A DNA stretch of 64,000 bases from Gemmatimonadota bacterium (GCA_965116475.1 OZ220691.1:2112001-2176000), one strand, 5' to 3'. Counted from the first letter of the stretch, positions 35,604-45,441 are shown. Notes: a model not told the origin generated them from the letters alone. A program made the numbers and translations.

Positions 35604-36896
35604 ATGCAGGTGCAGAGCATGATTCGCGCGCACCGTGGTGCGCTTTGGGCCGGAGTTCTTGCGGTTTCCGCGGTGGTCGCGCTTCCAGGCGTGGTGGCCG
35701 CTCAGTACCTGCCGGCGCGGGGGGACGCGTGGGAGACGCGCGCCCCGGAGCAGGTGGGGATGAGCGCGGCGGGCGTGCAGGCGGCCGTCGAGTACGCGCT
35801 CGAGCATGAGACGAGCCAGGCGCGCGACCGGGAGTTCCAGCACAGCCGGAGCTTCGGGCGCGAGCCACTCGGGGAGGGGATCGGACCCTTCAACGTGCGC
35901 GGCGGGCCGGCCGGGATGATCGTGCGGCACGGCTACATCGTCGCGGAGTGGGGGGACACGAAGCGCGTCGACATGACGTACAGCGTGACCAAGTCCTTCC
36001 TCTCGACGTCGGTGGGACTCGCGTGGGACGAGGGGCTCATCGGCTCGCTCGATGACACCGTGCGCGAGTACATGGCCCCGATCGACGTGCCGCCGGGCGA
36101 CGGAGAGCCCGGCGTCGACCGCATCGGCTTCGGCAAGCCCGACCCGACGACGATGTTCGAGTCCGAGCACAACCGCACGATCACGTGGGACGACCTCCTG
36201 CGGCAGACGTCCGACTGGGAAGGCACGCTGTGGGGCAAGCCGGACTGGGCCGACCGTCCGAGCGGCGACCCGGACACCTGGATGACACGCGACCGCCACC
36301 CGTCCGGCACCGTGTACGAGTACAACGACACGCGGGTGAACCTGCTCGCGCTCGCCGCGATGAGCGTCCTGCGGCGTCCCCTGCCCGAGGTCCTGCACGA
36401 GCGCGTGATGGGGCCGATCGGCGCCTCCCCGACGTGGCGCTGGAACGGCTACGAGAACTCCTGGGTCACGATCGACGGGCGTCGCGTGCAGTCGGTGAGC
36501 GGTGGTGGCCACTGGGGCGGCGGCATGTTCATCAGCGCCCGCGACCAGGCGCGCTTCGGCCTGTTCACGCTGTGGCGCGGAACGTGGGGAGACCGACAGC
36601 TCCTGTCCGAGGAATGGTTCGACCTCGCGACGACGCCGGGCCCGGCGAACGGTTCCTACGGGTTCATGAATTTCATGCTCAACGTCCCGGACGCCGAGGG
36701 GAACAAGCGCTATCCGAGCGCGCCCGCGGAGGCGTGGGCCCACCTCGGCAACGGCACGAACATGATCTACTGCGACCCGGTGAACGATCTCGTCGTGGTG
36801 GCGCGCTGGATCCCCGGCGGCGCGATCGACGGCCTGCTCGACCTCGTCATCGACTCGATCGACGACACGGCCGCCACCTCACCCGGATCGCGCTGA
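35604..36896 (+). CDS. Secreted serine hydrolase (beta-lactamase/AmpC-like family)
   Basis: SVTK (SxxK) and YND motifs, signal peptide, AGGAGG SD. Confidence 0.9.
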   Translation: MQVQSMIRAHRGALWAGVLAVSAVVALPGVVAAQYLPARGDAWETRAPEQVGMSAAGVQAAVEYALEHETSQARDREFQHSRSFGREPLGEGIGPFNVRGGPAGMIVRHGYIVAEWGDTKRVDMTYSVTKSFLSTSVGLAWDEGLIGSLDDTVREYMAPIDVPPGDGEPGVDRIGFGKPDPTTMFESEHNRTITWDDLLRQTSDWEGTLWGKPDWADRPSGDPDTWMTRDRHPSGTVYEYNDTRVNLLALAAMSVLRRPLPEVLHERVMGPIGASPTWRWNGYENSWVTIDGRRVQSVSGGGHWGGGMFISARDQARFGLFTLWRGTWGDRQLLSEEWFDLATTPGPANGSYGFMNFMLNVPDAEGNKRYPSAPAEAWAHLGNGTNMIYCDPVNDLVVVARWIPGGAIDGLLDLVIDSIDDTAATSPGSR

Positions 36897-36999
36897 ACCG
36901 AATCGGGATCGGCCCCCTGCGACAGGTAGACGCTGGGGGCCGATCCGATTAGATTGCCTGTACGGCGCGTCGCCTCTTTCGGCGGCGCGTTTCGTGTCT

Positions 37000-37074
37000 G
37001 CGCCCGTAGCTCAGCCTGGATAGAGCGCTTGCCTCCGGAGCAAGAGGTCACAGGTTCGAATCCTGTCGGGCGCA
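37000..37074 (+). tRNA. tRNA-Arg(CCG)
   Basis: GCGCCCG/CGGGCGC acceptor stem, CT-CCG-GA loop. Confidence 0.95.
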
Positions 37075-37142
37075 CTCGGTCCGGCGGAGCAGAACGCACC
37101 GGGCCGTGAAGCGGCTCCGGACCCGAAGGTTCAGGGGCGCAG

Positions 37143-37228
37143 GCTCGGGTGGCGGAACTGGCAGACGCGCAGGATTCAGGATCCTGTGGGATTAAACTCC
37201 CGTGGGGGTTCGACTCCCCCCCCGAGCA
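37143..37228 (+). tRNA. tRNA-Leu(CAG)
   Basis: GCTCGGG/CCCGAGC acceptor stem, TT-CAG-GA loop, long variable arm. Confidence 0.95.
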
Positions 37229-37234
37229 TCACCG

Positions 37235-37320
37235 GCCCAGGTGGCGGAACTGGCAGACGCGCTAGCTTGAGGGGCTAGTGTCCTTTTACGGACGTGGAGG
37301 TTCGAATCCTCTCCTGGGCA
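37235..37320 (+). tRNA. tRNA-Leu(GAG)
   Basis: GCCCAGG/CCTGGGC acceptor stem, TT-GAG-GG loop, long variable arm. Confidence 0.95.
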
Positions 37321-37361
37321 TGAAGACGTACGACATCGCCGGTCGGGACGGCCGGCTCCGA

Positions 37362-37435
37362 GCGCCCGTAGCTCAACTGGATAGAGCACCTGACTACGGA
37401 TCAGGAGGTTGGGGATTCGAATTCTCCCGGGCGCA
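37362..37435 (+). tRNA. tRNA-Arg(ACG)
   Basis: GCGCCCG/CGGGCGC acceptor stem, CT-ACG-GA loop; T-stem closes with A:U. Confidence 0.93.
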
Positions 37436-37672
37436 TGCTTTCCTTCCTTCGGAAGTCAAACCTGCGCCCGCGAGAATTCGCGCGCTTCGTGGCTTCGCCC
37501 CTTCGCTGACCAAATTCTCCCGGGCACTGCCTTCTCCTGGCACAAGTGACGGGTTGGCTCGTCGGCGGCTCGCGGGGGCTTCGCCCGCTCGCCGGGTCAG
37601 ATGCAACCAGGCGACCAGGCTGTGGGCGATCGACCCGCTTCAACGCTCTCCTCAAGGACGGAGTACGATGGC

Positions 37673-38143
37673 ATGCGCGTGAGATCGGCTGAGAAACGAG
37701 ATGTGGATGGGTTGCTGGAACTCATGCGGGGGCTGGCGCGGTTCGAGGAGTACATCGATGACTTCGCGGTGACGCGGGAGAGCGTGCTCGAGCATGGGTT
37801 CGGGGACGCGCGGCTCTTCACCGCGTTTGTGGCCGAGCGGGACGATGACCTCGTCGGGATGGCGGTCGTCTACACGATTCCGTGGACCTATACGCTGCGG
37901 CCGAAGGTCGTGCTCAAGGAGTTGTTCGTTGAGAAGGCGGCACGGAACGGCGGGGCGGGGAAGGCGTTGATGGCGGCGGTGATTTCGCACGCCGAGTCCA
38001 TCGACGCGGCCGAATTGATCTGGACCGTCATGGACGGGAACCGCGAGGCCGAGGGCTTCTACCGATCCCTGGGCGCCTCGCCGGACCTCAAGTGGAACAA
38101 CTGGTCCCTGAGGCTCCCCGCGAAGGGGTCACTCGCCCGCTGA
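37673..38143 (+). CDS. GNAT N-acetyltransferase (diamine acetyltransferase-like)
   Basis: LARFE, LKELFV...RNGGAGKALM and N..AEGFYRSLG motifs. Confidence 0.9.
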   Translation: MRVRSAEKRDVDGLLELMRGLARFEEYIDDFAVTRESVLEHGFGDARLFTAFVAERDDDLVGMAVVYTIPWTYTLRPKVVLKELFVEKAARNGGAGKALMAAVISHAESIDAAELIWTVMDGNREAEGFYRSLGASPDLKWNNWSLRLPAKGSLAR

Positions 38144-38147
38144 CGAT

Positions 38148-38193
38148 GCCAAGTACTAACGATGTACTAATTCGTGACAAATTAGTATTTGGC
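38148..38193. repeat. AT-rich inverted repeat between convergent genes
   Basis: GCCAAGTACTAA...TTAGTATTTGGC (11/12 match) with a third GTACTAA copy inside. Confidence 0.7.
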
Positions 38194-38207
38194 TCGCGCG
38201 ACAGCCG

Positions 38208-39818
38208 TCAGGGTATGCCTGAAGTCCGGGCCGGGGGGCGGCAGTCGGGCCACTGGGTGCCGGGGGGCATGGTGCGCCGGTCGCGGGGCATGCGGTCCGG
38301 GTCCTCGGAGGCGAGGTAGGCGAACATCGCGGTCATCACGGCGTCGTCGCGCAGGTCCTCGAAGACGATCTTGTCGAAGGTGTCGCGGTTGGTATGCCAG
38401 GTGTAGGTGCTCGTGTCCCAGCGGTTGTCGGCGATGTTCATCTCGCTGCGGCCGGCGCCCACGTGGAAGCTGAAGGCCGGCACCCCCGCGCACAGGAAGG
38501 AGGCGTGGTCCGTGCCGCCGGATTCGGGCATCCCCGGGACCTCAAGGGTGACGAGGTCGGACAGCTCGCTCGGGATCTGCGCGAGCCACTCGCCGAAGCG
38601 CCCCGCGGCGCCGGCGAAGCCCTGCATGGGGATGAAGGTGACCGGGCCGTTCCCGTGATCGACGTTGAACACGGTGTGGGTGCGCTCGAGGATCTCGGGA
38701 TGGTCCTCGACGAAGGCGCGTGACCCGTTCAGGCCCTGCTCCTCGCCGTTCCAGAGGGCGCCGACGATCGTGCGGCGGGGGTTCGGGACGGCGTGTTTGA
38801 GGATGCGCATCGCCTCCATGATCGCGACGGCGCCCGTCCCGTTGTCGAGCGCGCCGTCGGAGCCGTCCCAGGAATCGAAGTGGCCTCCGAGGATCACGTA
38901 CTCCTCGGGTTCGGCGCTGCCGGGGATCACGGCGAACGCGTTGGAGACCGGTACCTCTCCCAGGAAACGGGCCTGTGCGTCGACGCGCAGCACCGGCCCC
39001 TGATCGTTCTCGGCCAGCCGGTACAGGAGGCCGTACGCTTCGCAGCTCAGGTCCAGGACCGGCGCCCGCTCCGCGCGGGTGCCGAAGATCTTGGTGACGC
39101 CCCAGCCCGCGGACCACTGCGAGCGGATGATGCCGGCGGGTTCGGCCGCGCTCAGCGCTTCCGGCAGCGAGCGCGCGTCGAACCCCGTGTTCCCGACGCG
39201 CTCGTCCCATTCCGCGCTGGCGCGCTCGCGCTCCGCCGCCATGCGGGTTGTCGTCTCGGGCCGCGCGAACCACTCGAGGTTGTCGGGCGCGCGGCAACTC
39301 GGCTCCGGGCGCGAGACGAGCACGAACTTGCCGCGCATCTCCGACAGCGCTGCCTCGAAGGCGCCGGGGCTGGCCGCGTCCGGCAGGATCACCACCTCCG
39401 CCTCGACGGGGCCGTCCGTGGCCGGGCTCCACGCGGCCGCCATGCCCTCGAGCGTGCGCACGCGCGGCGCGATGAGATCGATGTGGGTGATCCCGCGCTC
39501 CCAGCCGCGCCAAGTGCCGTACTGCTCCTTGTACGCCTCGATGCCCCACTCCGCGTACTTTGCGAGCGCCCAGTCGTTGGCGCCGGCCATCGCGGGCGAG
39601 CCGGTGAGCCGCGGCCCGATCGAGTCCATCATCACCTGGCCGAGTTCGTAGACCTGCGAGCGCTCGACCCCCTCCTCCCAGATCACCCGGATGACGGGGT
39701 CGTCGGACGGAAACGACTGAGCGGCCGCGGCTTGGGTTGCGCCCGGCATCAGTGAAGCCGTCAGGGTGGAGAGGCATGCCAGCGAACAGGCGAGTCCGAG
39801 ACGAACCGTGCGCTTCAT
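38208..39818 (-). CDS. Secreted M28 family metallopeptidase (carboxypeptidase Q-like)
   Basis: IGPRLTGS, GGHFDSW, DNGTG, GEEQG, TDHASF and WHT..D motifs. Confidence 0.92.
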   Translation of the reverse strand: MKRTVRLGLACSLACLSTLTASLMPGATQAAAAQSFPSDDPVIRVIWEEGVERSQVYELGQVMMDSIGPRLTGSPAMAGANDWALAKYAEWGIEAYKEQYGTWRGWERGITHIDLIAPRVRTLEGMAAAWSPATDGPVEAEVVILPDAASPGAFEAALSEMRGKFVLVSRPEPSCRAPDNLEWFARPETTTRMAAERERASAEWDERVGNTGFDARSLPEALSAAEPAGIIRSQWSAGWGVTKIFGTRAERAPVLDLSCEAYGLLYRLAENDQGPVLRVDAQARFLGEVPVSNAFAVIPGSAEPEEYVILGGHFDSWDGSDGALDNGTGAVAIMEAMRILKHAVPNPRRTIVGALWNGEEQGLNGSRAFVEDHPEILERTHTVFNVDHGNGPVTFIPMQGFAGAAGRFGEWLAQIPSELSDLVTLEVPGMPESGGTDHASFLCAGVPAFSFHVGAGRSEMNIADNRWDTSTYTWHTNRDTFDKIVFEDLRDDAVMTAMFAYLASEDPDRMPRDRRTMPPGTQWPDCRPPARTSGIP

Positions 39819-39943
39819 GGGTCGCTCCGTGAGAAGATGGAACCTGCTCGAAGGTAGGTGTGCCCAGGTGCGTTGCGAATCCCCGTCCCCGCCGGGACTA
39901 TGTGGGTCCGGTAGTCACCCTGGCCTCGAACCCCGGTCTCCTC

Positions 39944-40708
39944 ATGCGTCTTGAAGGGAAGCGTGCTCTCGTCACTGGCGGCTCGCGGAGCATCGGTCGG
40001 GCGATCGCGCTCGGACTGGCGCGCGAGGGTGCGGATGTGGCGGTCAACTACCGGGGGAGTCGTGAGGACGCGGAGAGCGCGGTCGGTGAGATCGAGACGA
40101 TGGGCCGGCGCGCGGTCGCGGTGCAGGGTTCCACGGACTCCCGTTCGGACGTCGAGCGTTTCGTCGCGGAGGCGCGCGACTTCCTGGGCGGCCTCGACAT
40201 CCTCGTGAACAACGCGGGGATCCTGAAGCGGACGCCCTTCCTCGAGATCGATGAGGGAGAGTGGGACGCCATTCAGGGCGTCAACCTGAAGGGATATTTC
40301 CTGGTCGGGCAGGCCGTCGCACGCCGCATGGTCGAGGCCGGGACGGCGGGTGCGATCGTCAACGTGTCGTCCGCCGGGCAGGCGGTGGCCGCGCCGAACC
40401 TCACGCACTACTGCGTGTCGAAGGCGGGGGTCGAGATGCTCACGAAGCAGATGGCGCTCGAACTCGCGCCCCACGGGATCCGGGTGAACGCCATCGCGCC
40501 GGGGCTGATCGAGACCGACCTGAACCGCGCCGACATCGCGCGGGCCGACTTCCGCGAGGGGCGTCTCGCCCGCATCCCGCTGCGGAAGATCGGTGCGCCC
40601 GACGACGTGGTGGGAGCCGTCGTGTACCTCGCGTCGAACGACGAGGCGAGCCTCGTGACGGGCGCCTCCCTGTTCATCGACGGCGGCCAGACGATCTGGG
40701 GCGCCTGA
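39944..40708 (+). CDS. SDR family oxidoreductase
   Basis: TGGSRSIG, NNAG, YCVSK and NAIAPG motifs. Confidence 0.95.
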   Translation: MRLEGKRALVTGGSRSIGRAIALGLAREGADVAVNYRGSREDAESAVGEIETMGRRAVAVQGSTDSRSDVERFVAEARDFLGGLDILVNNAGILKRTPFLEIDEGEWDAIQGVNLKGYFLVGQAVARRMVEAGTAGAIVNVSSAGQAVAAPNLTHYCVSKAGVEMLTKQMALELAPHGIRVNAIAPGLIETDLNRADIARADFREGRLARIPLRKIGAPDDVVGAVVYLASNDEASLVTGASLFIDGGQTIWGA

Positions 40709-40715
40709 CCGGTCC

Positions 40716-41810
40716 GTGATGGCGCGTTCCGCGCAGATCCGGTCCAGATTCTGCCCAGGCGCGGCGGCGACGCTCCCCGTGGTGGCGACGCTCGCGGTGG
40801 TGGCGACGCTGCCACTGGTGGCGTGCGGCGCCCCCGGCCCCGGCGGTTCCGACCCGCCGGCGGACGCGGCCACCTGGGACGTTCGCTTTTCCCACGTGCT
40901 CTCGACCGGCTCGGAGTTCCACCTCATGGCGGAGCGCTTCCGCGATCTCATGCTTGAGCGCACGGACGGACGGTTCCGGGTCGTCATCTATCCCTCCGGG
41001 CAGCTCGGCGGCGAGCGCGTGGCCTTCGAGCAGATCCAGGTCGGCGCGGTGCACATGGCGATCACGGGCACGCCGGTGCTCTCGAGCTGGGTGCCGGAGA
41101 CGCAGGTGTTCGATCTCCCCTTCCTGTTCGAGACCCGGGACCACGGGCTCGCGGTGATGAACGGCCCGGCGGGGGACTGGTGGCGCGAACTTCTCCTTGA
41201 GCGCACCGGCGTCCGCTCGCTCGGGTTCCTCGACTACGGGTTCCGCCACGTCTACAACCGACGCCGGCCCGTGGAGACGCCCGGGGATCTCGCCGGCCTC
41301 AAGCTCCGGGTCCTCCAGAACGCGACGTACCTCGCCGCCTATTCCGCGCTGGGCGTGCAGGCGACCCCGATGAACTACGGCGAGGTCTACTCCGCGCTCC
41401 AGCAGGGCGTGATCGACGGCGGGGAGGCGAACGCGGTCGGCTTCGTGAGCAGCCGCCTCCACGAGGTGGCGAAGTTCTACAGCTTCACATCCATCACCTA
41501 CAATCCCATCACCCTTCTCGTGAACGAGCCGTTCTATCGGGGGCTTCCCGCCGAGATCCGGAGAACTGTCGACCGTTCCGCAGCCGAGGCGCTCGCCTAT
41601 CAGAGCGAGGTCGCGCGCCGGATGGAGGCGGAGGCCATCGAGGCGATGCGCCAGGCCGGCGTGGAGATCTCGCGCCCGGATCCGGCGCCGTTCGCCGCGG
41701 CCGTCGGAGCGCGCACCCGGGACGAACTGGCGAATCGGCTGCCGGATGGCGAAGCGCTGATCGCCAGGCTGGTCGCGGAGGCGGAGCGCGCGGCCGCCGA
41801 GGGCAGGTAG
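40716..41810 (+). CDS. dctP: TRAP transporter substrate-binding lipoprotein
   Basis: YPSGQLGGE, DLPFLF, GFR, GLKLRV and YSALQQGVIDG; LVAC lipobox. Confidence 0.93.
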   Translation: MMARSAQIRSRFCPGAAATLPVVATLAVVATLPLVACGAPGPGGSDPPADAATWDVRFSHVLSTGSEFHLMAERFRDLMLERTDGRFRVVIYPSGQLGGERVAFEQIQVGAVHMAITGTPVLSSWVPETQVFDLPFLFETRDHGLAVMNGPAGDWWRELLLERTGVRSLGFLDYGFRHVYNRRRPVETPGDLAGLKLRVLQNATYLAAYSALGVQATPMNYGEVYSALQQGVIDGGEANAVGFVSSRLHEVAKFYSFTSITYNPITLLVNEPFYRGLPAEIRRTVDRSAAEALAYQSEVARRMEAEAIEAMRQAGVEISRPDPAPFAAAVGARTRDELANRLPDGEALIARLVAEAERAAAEGR

Positions 41811-41836
41811 GCTTCCCGGCCGCCATCAGGAGCGTG

Positions 41837-42991
41837 TCACACCAATAGGTCCTGCCAGAGTTGCCGGGCGAACTCTTCAGCGGGAAGGATGTCGATGCCA
41901 TCGGACGTCCGCCGGGCGCGAGCTTCCAGGCAAACGATGACTCGGCGCCCGATCGAGGGGTGGTCGCGAATGACGCTGCGGAGTCCGCGGAGATGGCGCG
42001 AGCCGATGTTGGCGCTCGCCTTGGCCTCGACCGCCACCTGCATATCACCGACCACGAAGTCGACTTCGGTCCCGCCCGCCAGCCGCCAGTAAGAAAGCTC
42101 GCCATCGAGTTCCCGGTAGCTGAGCCAGGCGGACAACTCGTGGCACACCCAGTTCTCGAAGGCCTTCCCGTACAACTCCGAGCCGGGAGCCACGGAACCG
42201 CGCCGCGCGAGCCGGTTCACGATCCCCACGTCCGCAAAATAGAACTTCGGCGCCTGGATGACCCGCCGCTTTGGGCGCGCGCGATAGGACGGGACCCAGC
42301 GAGCCAGCAGCATGTCCACCAGGACCTGGAAGTAGTTCTTCACCGTTTGCAGCGCGACGCCGCATTCGGCGGCGACGTTCGAGAGGTTGACGATCTCTCC
42401 GTCGCTCAACGAAGCCGCGTCCAGAAAGCGTGAGAAGGCGGGGAGTTGCCGGACAACCCCCTCCGCCGCGACCTCCTGGACGAGGTAGTCGTTGATGTAG
42501 GCGTCCAGGAGACGGCTGGGGCGGGAGGCCTGGTAGATGCGAGGGAGATACCCCGTGTTGAGCAGACGGGTCAGGTCGAAGTCTTCACCGAGCTCGACCG
42601 CGGTGATCCCGAGCAACTCGTAGCGGACGGCCCGCCCCCCGAGGAGATTGGCGGCGCCCCGCTTCACCTTGGTCGCGCTCGATCCGCACAGCGCGAAGCT
42701 GACGCCGCGGTTCTCCATGAGCCAATGGACCTCGTCCAGGAGCGCGGGAACCTTCTGGACTTCGTCGATGACGATCTGGCGGTTCCGGCGATTCCCCTCC
42801 GCTTCGATTTCCTCGCGCAGGAATTCCGGGTTCGTCAGGTAGCGGCGGAACTCGTCGCTCTTCAGCAGGTCGACCCAACGGCCGTCCGGATAGTGCTGCC
42901 GCAAGAGCGTGCTCTTGCCGGCCTGGCGTGGCCCCCACAAGAAGAAAGTCTCCGTGCCGGCGTCCGGCAGGCGCAGTGATCGTTTGAACAT
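41837..42991 (-). CDS. AAA+ ATPase (AAA_14) with DUF4143 C-terminal PD-(D/E)xK-like domain
   Basis: Walker A GPRQAGKST, IDEVQ, CGSS, KFYFADVG, FENWV, EVDFVV..VEAK. Confidence 0.92.
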   Translation of the reverse strand: MFKRSLRLPDAGTETFFLWGPRQAGKSTLLRQHYPDGRWVDLLKSDEFRRYLTNPEFLREEIEAEGNRRNRQIVIDEVQKVPALLDEVHWLMENRGVSFALCGSSATKVKRGAANLLGGRAVRYELLGITAVELGEDFDLTRLLNTGYLPRIYQASRPSRLLDAYINDYLVQEVAAEGVVRQLPAFSRFLDAASLSDGEIVNLSNVAAECGVALQTVKNYFQVLVDMLLARWVPSYRARPKRRVIQAPKFYFADVGIVNRLARRGSVAPGSELYGKAFENWVCHELSAWLSYRELDGELSYWRLAGGTEVDFVVGDMQVAVEAKASANIGSRHLRGLRSVIRDHPSIGRRVIVCLEARARRTSDGIDILPAEEFARQLWQDLLV

Positions 42992-42995
42992 AGCT

Positions 42996-43026
42996 TGCAA
43001 TTTATCATGATAATTTGCAGTAGCAA
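42996..43026 (-). promoter_or_regulatory. Promoter/operator of the AAA+DUF4143 gene (leaderless)
   Basis: 24-bp palindrome TGCAATTTATCA|TGATAATTTGCA (1 mismatch); on the minus strand TTGCTA...TGaTAAATT lies 7 nt before the ATG. Confidence 0.7.
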
Positions 43027-43095
43027 TGCACGTTGTCAGAGATCTTCCGGTCGCCGGGGGTTACGTATCGGGCCGGATCGCAGGTAGTGTAGAGA

Positions 43096-43569
43096 ATGAA
43101 GCGGAGGCTGCGGGCGCTCGACCGGGTGCTGGTCACGCTGGAGACGTACGCCGTCGGCGTCCTGCTGATCGCGGTCTGCGACGTGGTCCTTCTGCAGGTC
43201 CTGATGCGCTACCTCTTCGCCTATCCGAATCCGTGGAGCGAGGAGGTTTCGCGCTTCTGCTTCATCTGGGTGTCGCTGCTCGGGGCCTCGCTGGCCGTGG
43301 CGCATCGGTCTCACTTCCGGTTCGACCAGGTCACGGGGCGGCTGCCTCCGCGCGCGAGGAAGGCGGTGGAGACGTCCGCGGCGGCGGTCGTCCTGCTGTT
43401 CGCATTCGTCCTCATCGGCACGGGCATCGCCCTCATGGACCTCACCATGGGAGAGCGCTCCGCCGCGCTGAACCTGCCTGTCGCGCTCGTCTATGCCGCG
43501 GCGCCGGTGTCCGGCGTGCTGATGGCGATCCACATGCTTGCGGGTCCGACGGCCGAGGGCGGCGGTTGA
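43096..43569 (+). CDS. dctQ: TRAP transporter small permease
   Basis: QVLMRY, WSEEVSRF, 4 TM helices. Confidence 0.93.
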   Translation: MKRRLRALDRVLVTLETYAVGVLLIAVCDVVLLQVLMRYLFAYPNPWSEEVSRFCFIWVSLLGASLAVAHRSHFRFDQVTGRLPPRARKAVETSAAAVVLLFAFVLIGTGIALMDLTMGERSAALNLPVALVYAAAPVSGVLMAIHMLAGPTAEGGG

Positions 43570-44843
43570 TGGGCGGGCTCCTCCTCGGCGCTTTCGGCTT
43601 GCTCGTGCTGGCAGCGGTGCCGATCGGTTTCGCACTCGCGCTCGCGGCCGTCCTCGCGATCATCGTGGCGGATCTCCCGCTCGTCGTCATCCCGCAGCAG
43701 ATCGTCGCGGGGATGGACTCCTTCCCCATGCTCGCGGTGCCCCTGTTCATCCTCGCCGGCTACCTGATGGATGTCGGAGGGATCAGCCGCCGCCTGGTGA
43801 CGCTGGCCCGCGCGCTCGTGGGCCACCTCCCCGGAGGACTCGGGCAGGTGGTCGTCATGGCCGAGGTGTTCTTCTCGGGCGTGTCGGGCTCGACGTCCGC
43901 GGACGCGGCCGCCGTCGGCGGCATCATGGTGCCGCAGCTGACCGCGAACGGGTACGGCCGGGCGCGCGCCACCGCGATCGTCTCGGCCGCGTGCGGCATG
44001 GGGATCCTCATTCCGCCCGCCATCGTGATGGTCGTCTACGGCGTCATCGGGAACGTCTCCATCGGCGCCCTGTTCGTCGCCTCGATCGTCCCCGCGCTCC
44101 TCATCGCGGCGGGCCTGATGACGCAGATCGGGTGGCAGGCGCGAAGGGAAGGGTGGCCGCGCGGGGAGCGCGCCTCGCTCGCGGAACTCCGCCGCGCGAC
44201 GCTCGACGCCGTGCTCCCGCTCTTCATGATCGTCGTCATCCTGGGGGGCATCCGCTTCGGACTCTTCACCCCCACGGAAGCCGCCGCGGTCGCCGTCGCC
44301 TACGCTCTGCTCCTGGCCGGACTGGTGTACCGATCCCTCACCGTCGCGGAGCTATGGAGCAAGGTCGTCCAGACGGCCGTGGTGTCGGGGATGGTGCTGT
44401 TCGTCGTCGGCGCCGCGCACCTGCTGGGCTGGGTCCTCGCCGTCCTGCAGGTGCCCCAGACGCTGGCGGCATCGGTAGCGGGGATCGGCGGCGGCCCGAT
44501 CGGCTTCATGCTCCTCACGATTCTCATCTTCCTTCCGCTCGGCGCCATCCTCGAGGGCGTGCCCGCGGTCGTCCTGCTGACGCCGATCCTCCTGCCCCTC
44601 GCGACGCAGCTCGGGATCGACCCCGTGCACTACGGCGCCGTGATCGTCGCCACGCAGGGAATCTCGGTGTTCCTGCCACCCGTGGGCGTGAGCCTGCTCG
44701 TCGCCTGCTCCGTGGGAGGTGTCCAGCCGGCCGAGGTCGCGCGCCCGCTCTGGCCCTACCTCGCGCTCATGCTGGCGCTCACAATCGCCATCGCCTTCCT
44801 CCCCGACGTCGTACTCTTCCTGCCGGAACTGCTCGGGTACTGA
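43569..44843 (+). CDS. dctM: TRAP transporter large permease
   Basis: LAVPLFILAG, SGSTSADAAAVG, LIPPAI, FTPTEAA and GIDPVHYG; TGATG overlap. Confidence 0.95.
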   Translation: MGGLLLGAFGLLVLAAVPIGFALALAAVLAIIVADLPLVVIPQQIVAGMDSFPMLAVPLFILAGYLMDVGGISRRLVTLARALVGHLPGGLGQVVVMAEVFFSGVSGSTSADAAAVGGIMVPQLTANGYGRARATAIVSAACGMGILIPPAIVMVVYGVIGNVSIGALFVASIVPALLIAAGLMTQIGWQARREGWPRGERASLAELRRATLDAVLPLFMIVVILGGIRFGLFTPTEAAAVAVAYALLLAGLVYRSLTVAELWSKVVQTAVVSGMVLFVVGAAHLLGWVLAVLQVPQTLAASVAGIGGGPIGFMLLTILIFLPLGAILEGVPAVVLLTPILLPLATQLGIDPVHYGAVIVATQGISVFLPPVGVSLLVACSVGGVQPAEVARPLWPYLALMLALTIAIAFLPDVVLFLPELLGY

Positions 44844-44895
44844 AGGGTCGGAGCCACGCATGGTTTCGCGAACGACATGACGATGGGACCTAAAA

Positions 44896-45441
44896 ATGGA
44901 GACACGGGAGTTTGAGATCGGGACGGAGCGGTTGCTGCTGCGGCCGCACAGGCGGGAAGATGTGGACGACATCTTCGAGTTCGCGCGCGATCCGGAGTGG
45001 GGCCGATACCTGACGGCGCCGATGCCCTACCTCAGGGAACACGCGGTGGAGTTCGTGGAGGACCGGATCCGCACGCCGCGGGACCTGTGGCCGGTGTGGG
45101 CGATGGAGTTGGAGGGGAAGGTCGTCGGGGGCATCGGCATCGAGATCGACGTCGAACATGCGACGGGGGCCCTGGGCTACTCGCTCGCGAGGGCGCATTG
45201 GGGCCGGGGCCTGACCGTGGAGGCGGCCCGCGCCGTCGTCGACTGGGCGTTCCGCGAGCGCGGGCTCGCGAAGGTGTACGCGTACGCCGATGCGCGGAAC
45301 ACGGCGTCTCTGAGGGTGATGGAAAAGCTGGGCATGACCCGGGAGGGGCTGCTGCGCGGCCACCGGATGCTGCGGGACGAGCGCGTCGACGAAGTGCACT
45401 ACGGACTCCTCAGGGAAGAGTGGGAGAGGAGCGTCCGCTAA
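44896..45441 (+). CDS. GNAT N-acetyltransferase (RimJ/RimL-like)
   Basis: TERLLLRP, WGRGLTVEA and NTASLRVMEKLGM.REG motifs. Confidence 0.92.
   Translation: METREFEIGTERLLLRPHRREDVDDIFEFARDPEWGRYLTAPMPYLREHAVEFVEDRIRTPRDLWPVWAMELEGKVVGGIGIEIDVEHATGALGYSLARAHWGRGLTVEAARAVVDWAFRERGLAKVYAYADARNTASLRVMEKLGMTREGLLRGHRMLRDERVDEVHYGLLREEWERSVR

Noticed and set aside
35604..36896. Serine hydrolases (also 50422-51927) and the VanZ protein as antibiotic-resistance genes
   Set aside because: Family-level motifs only; these families are mostly esterases, peptidases or proteins of unknown function
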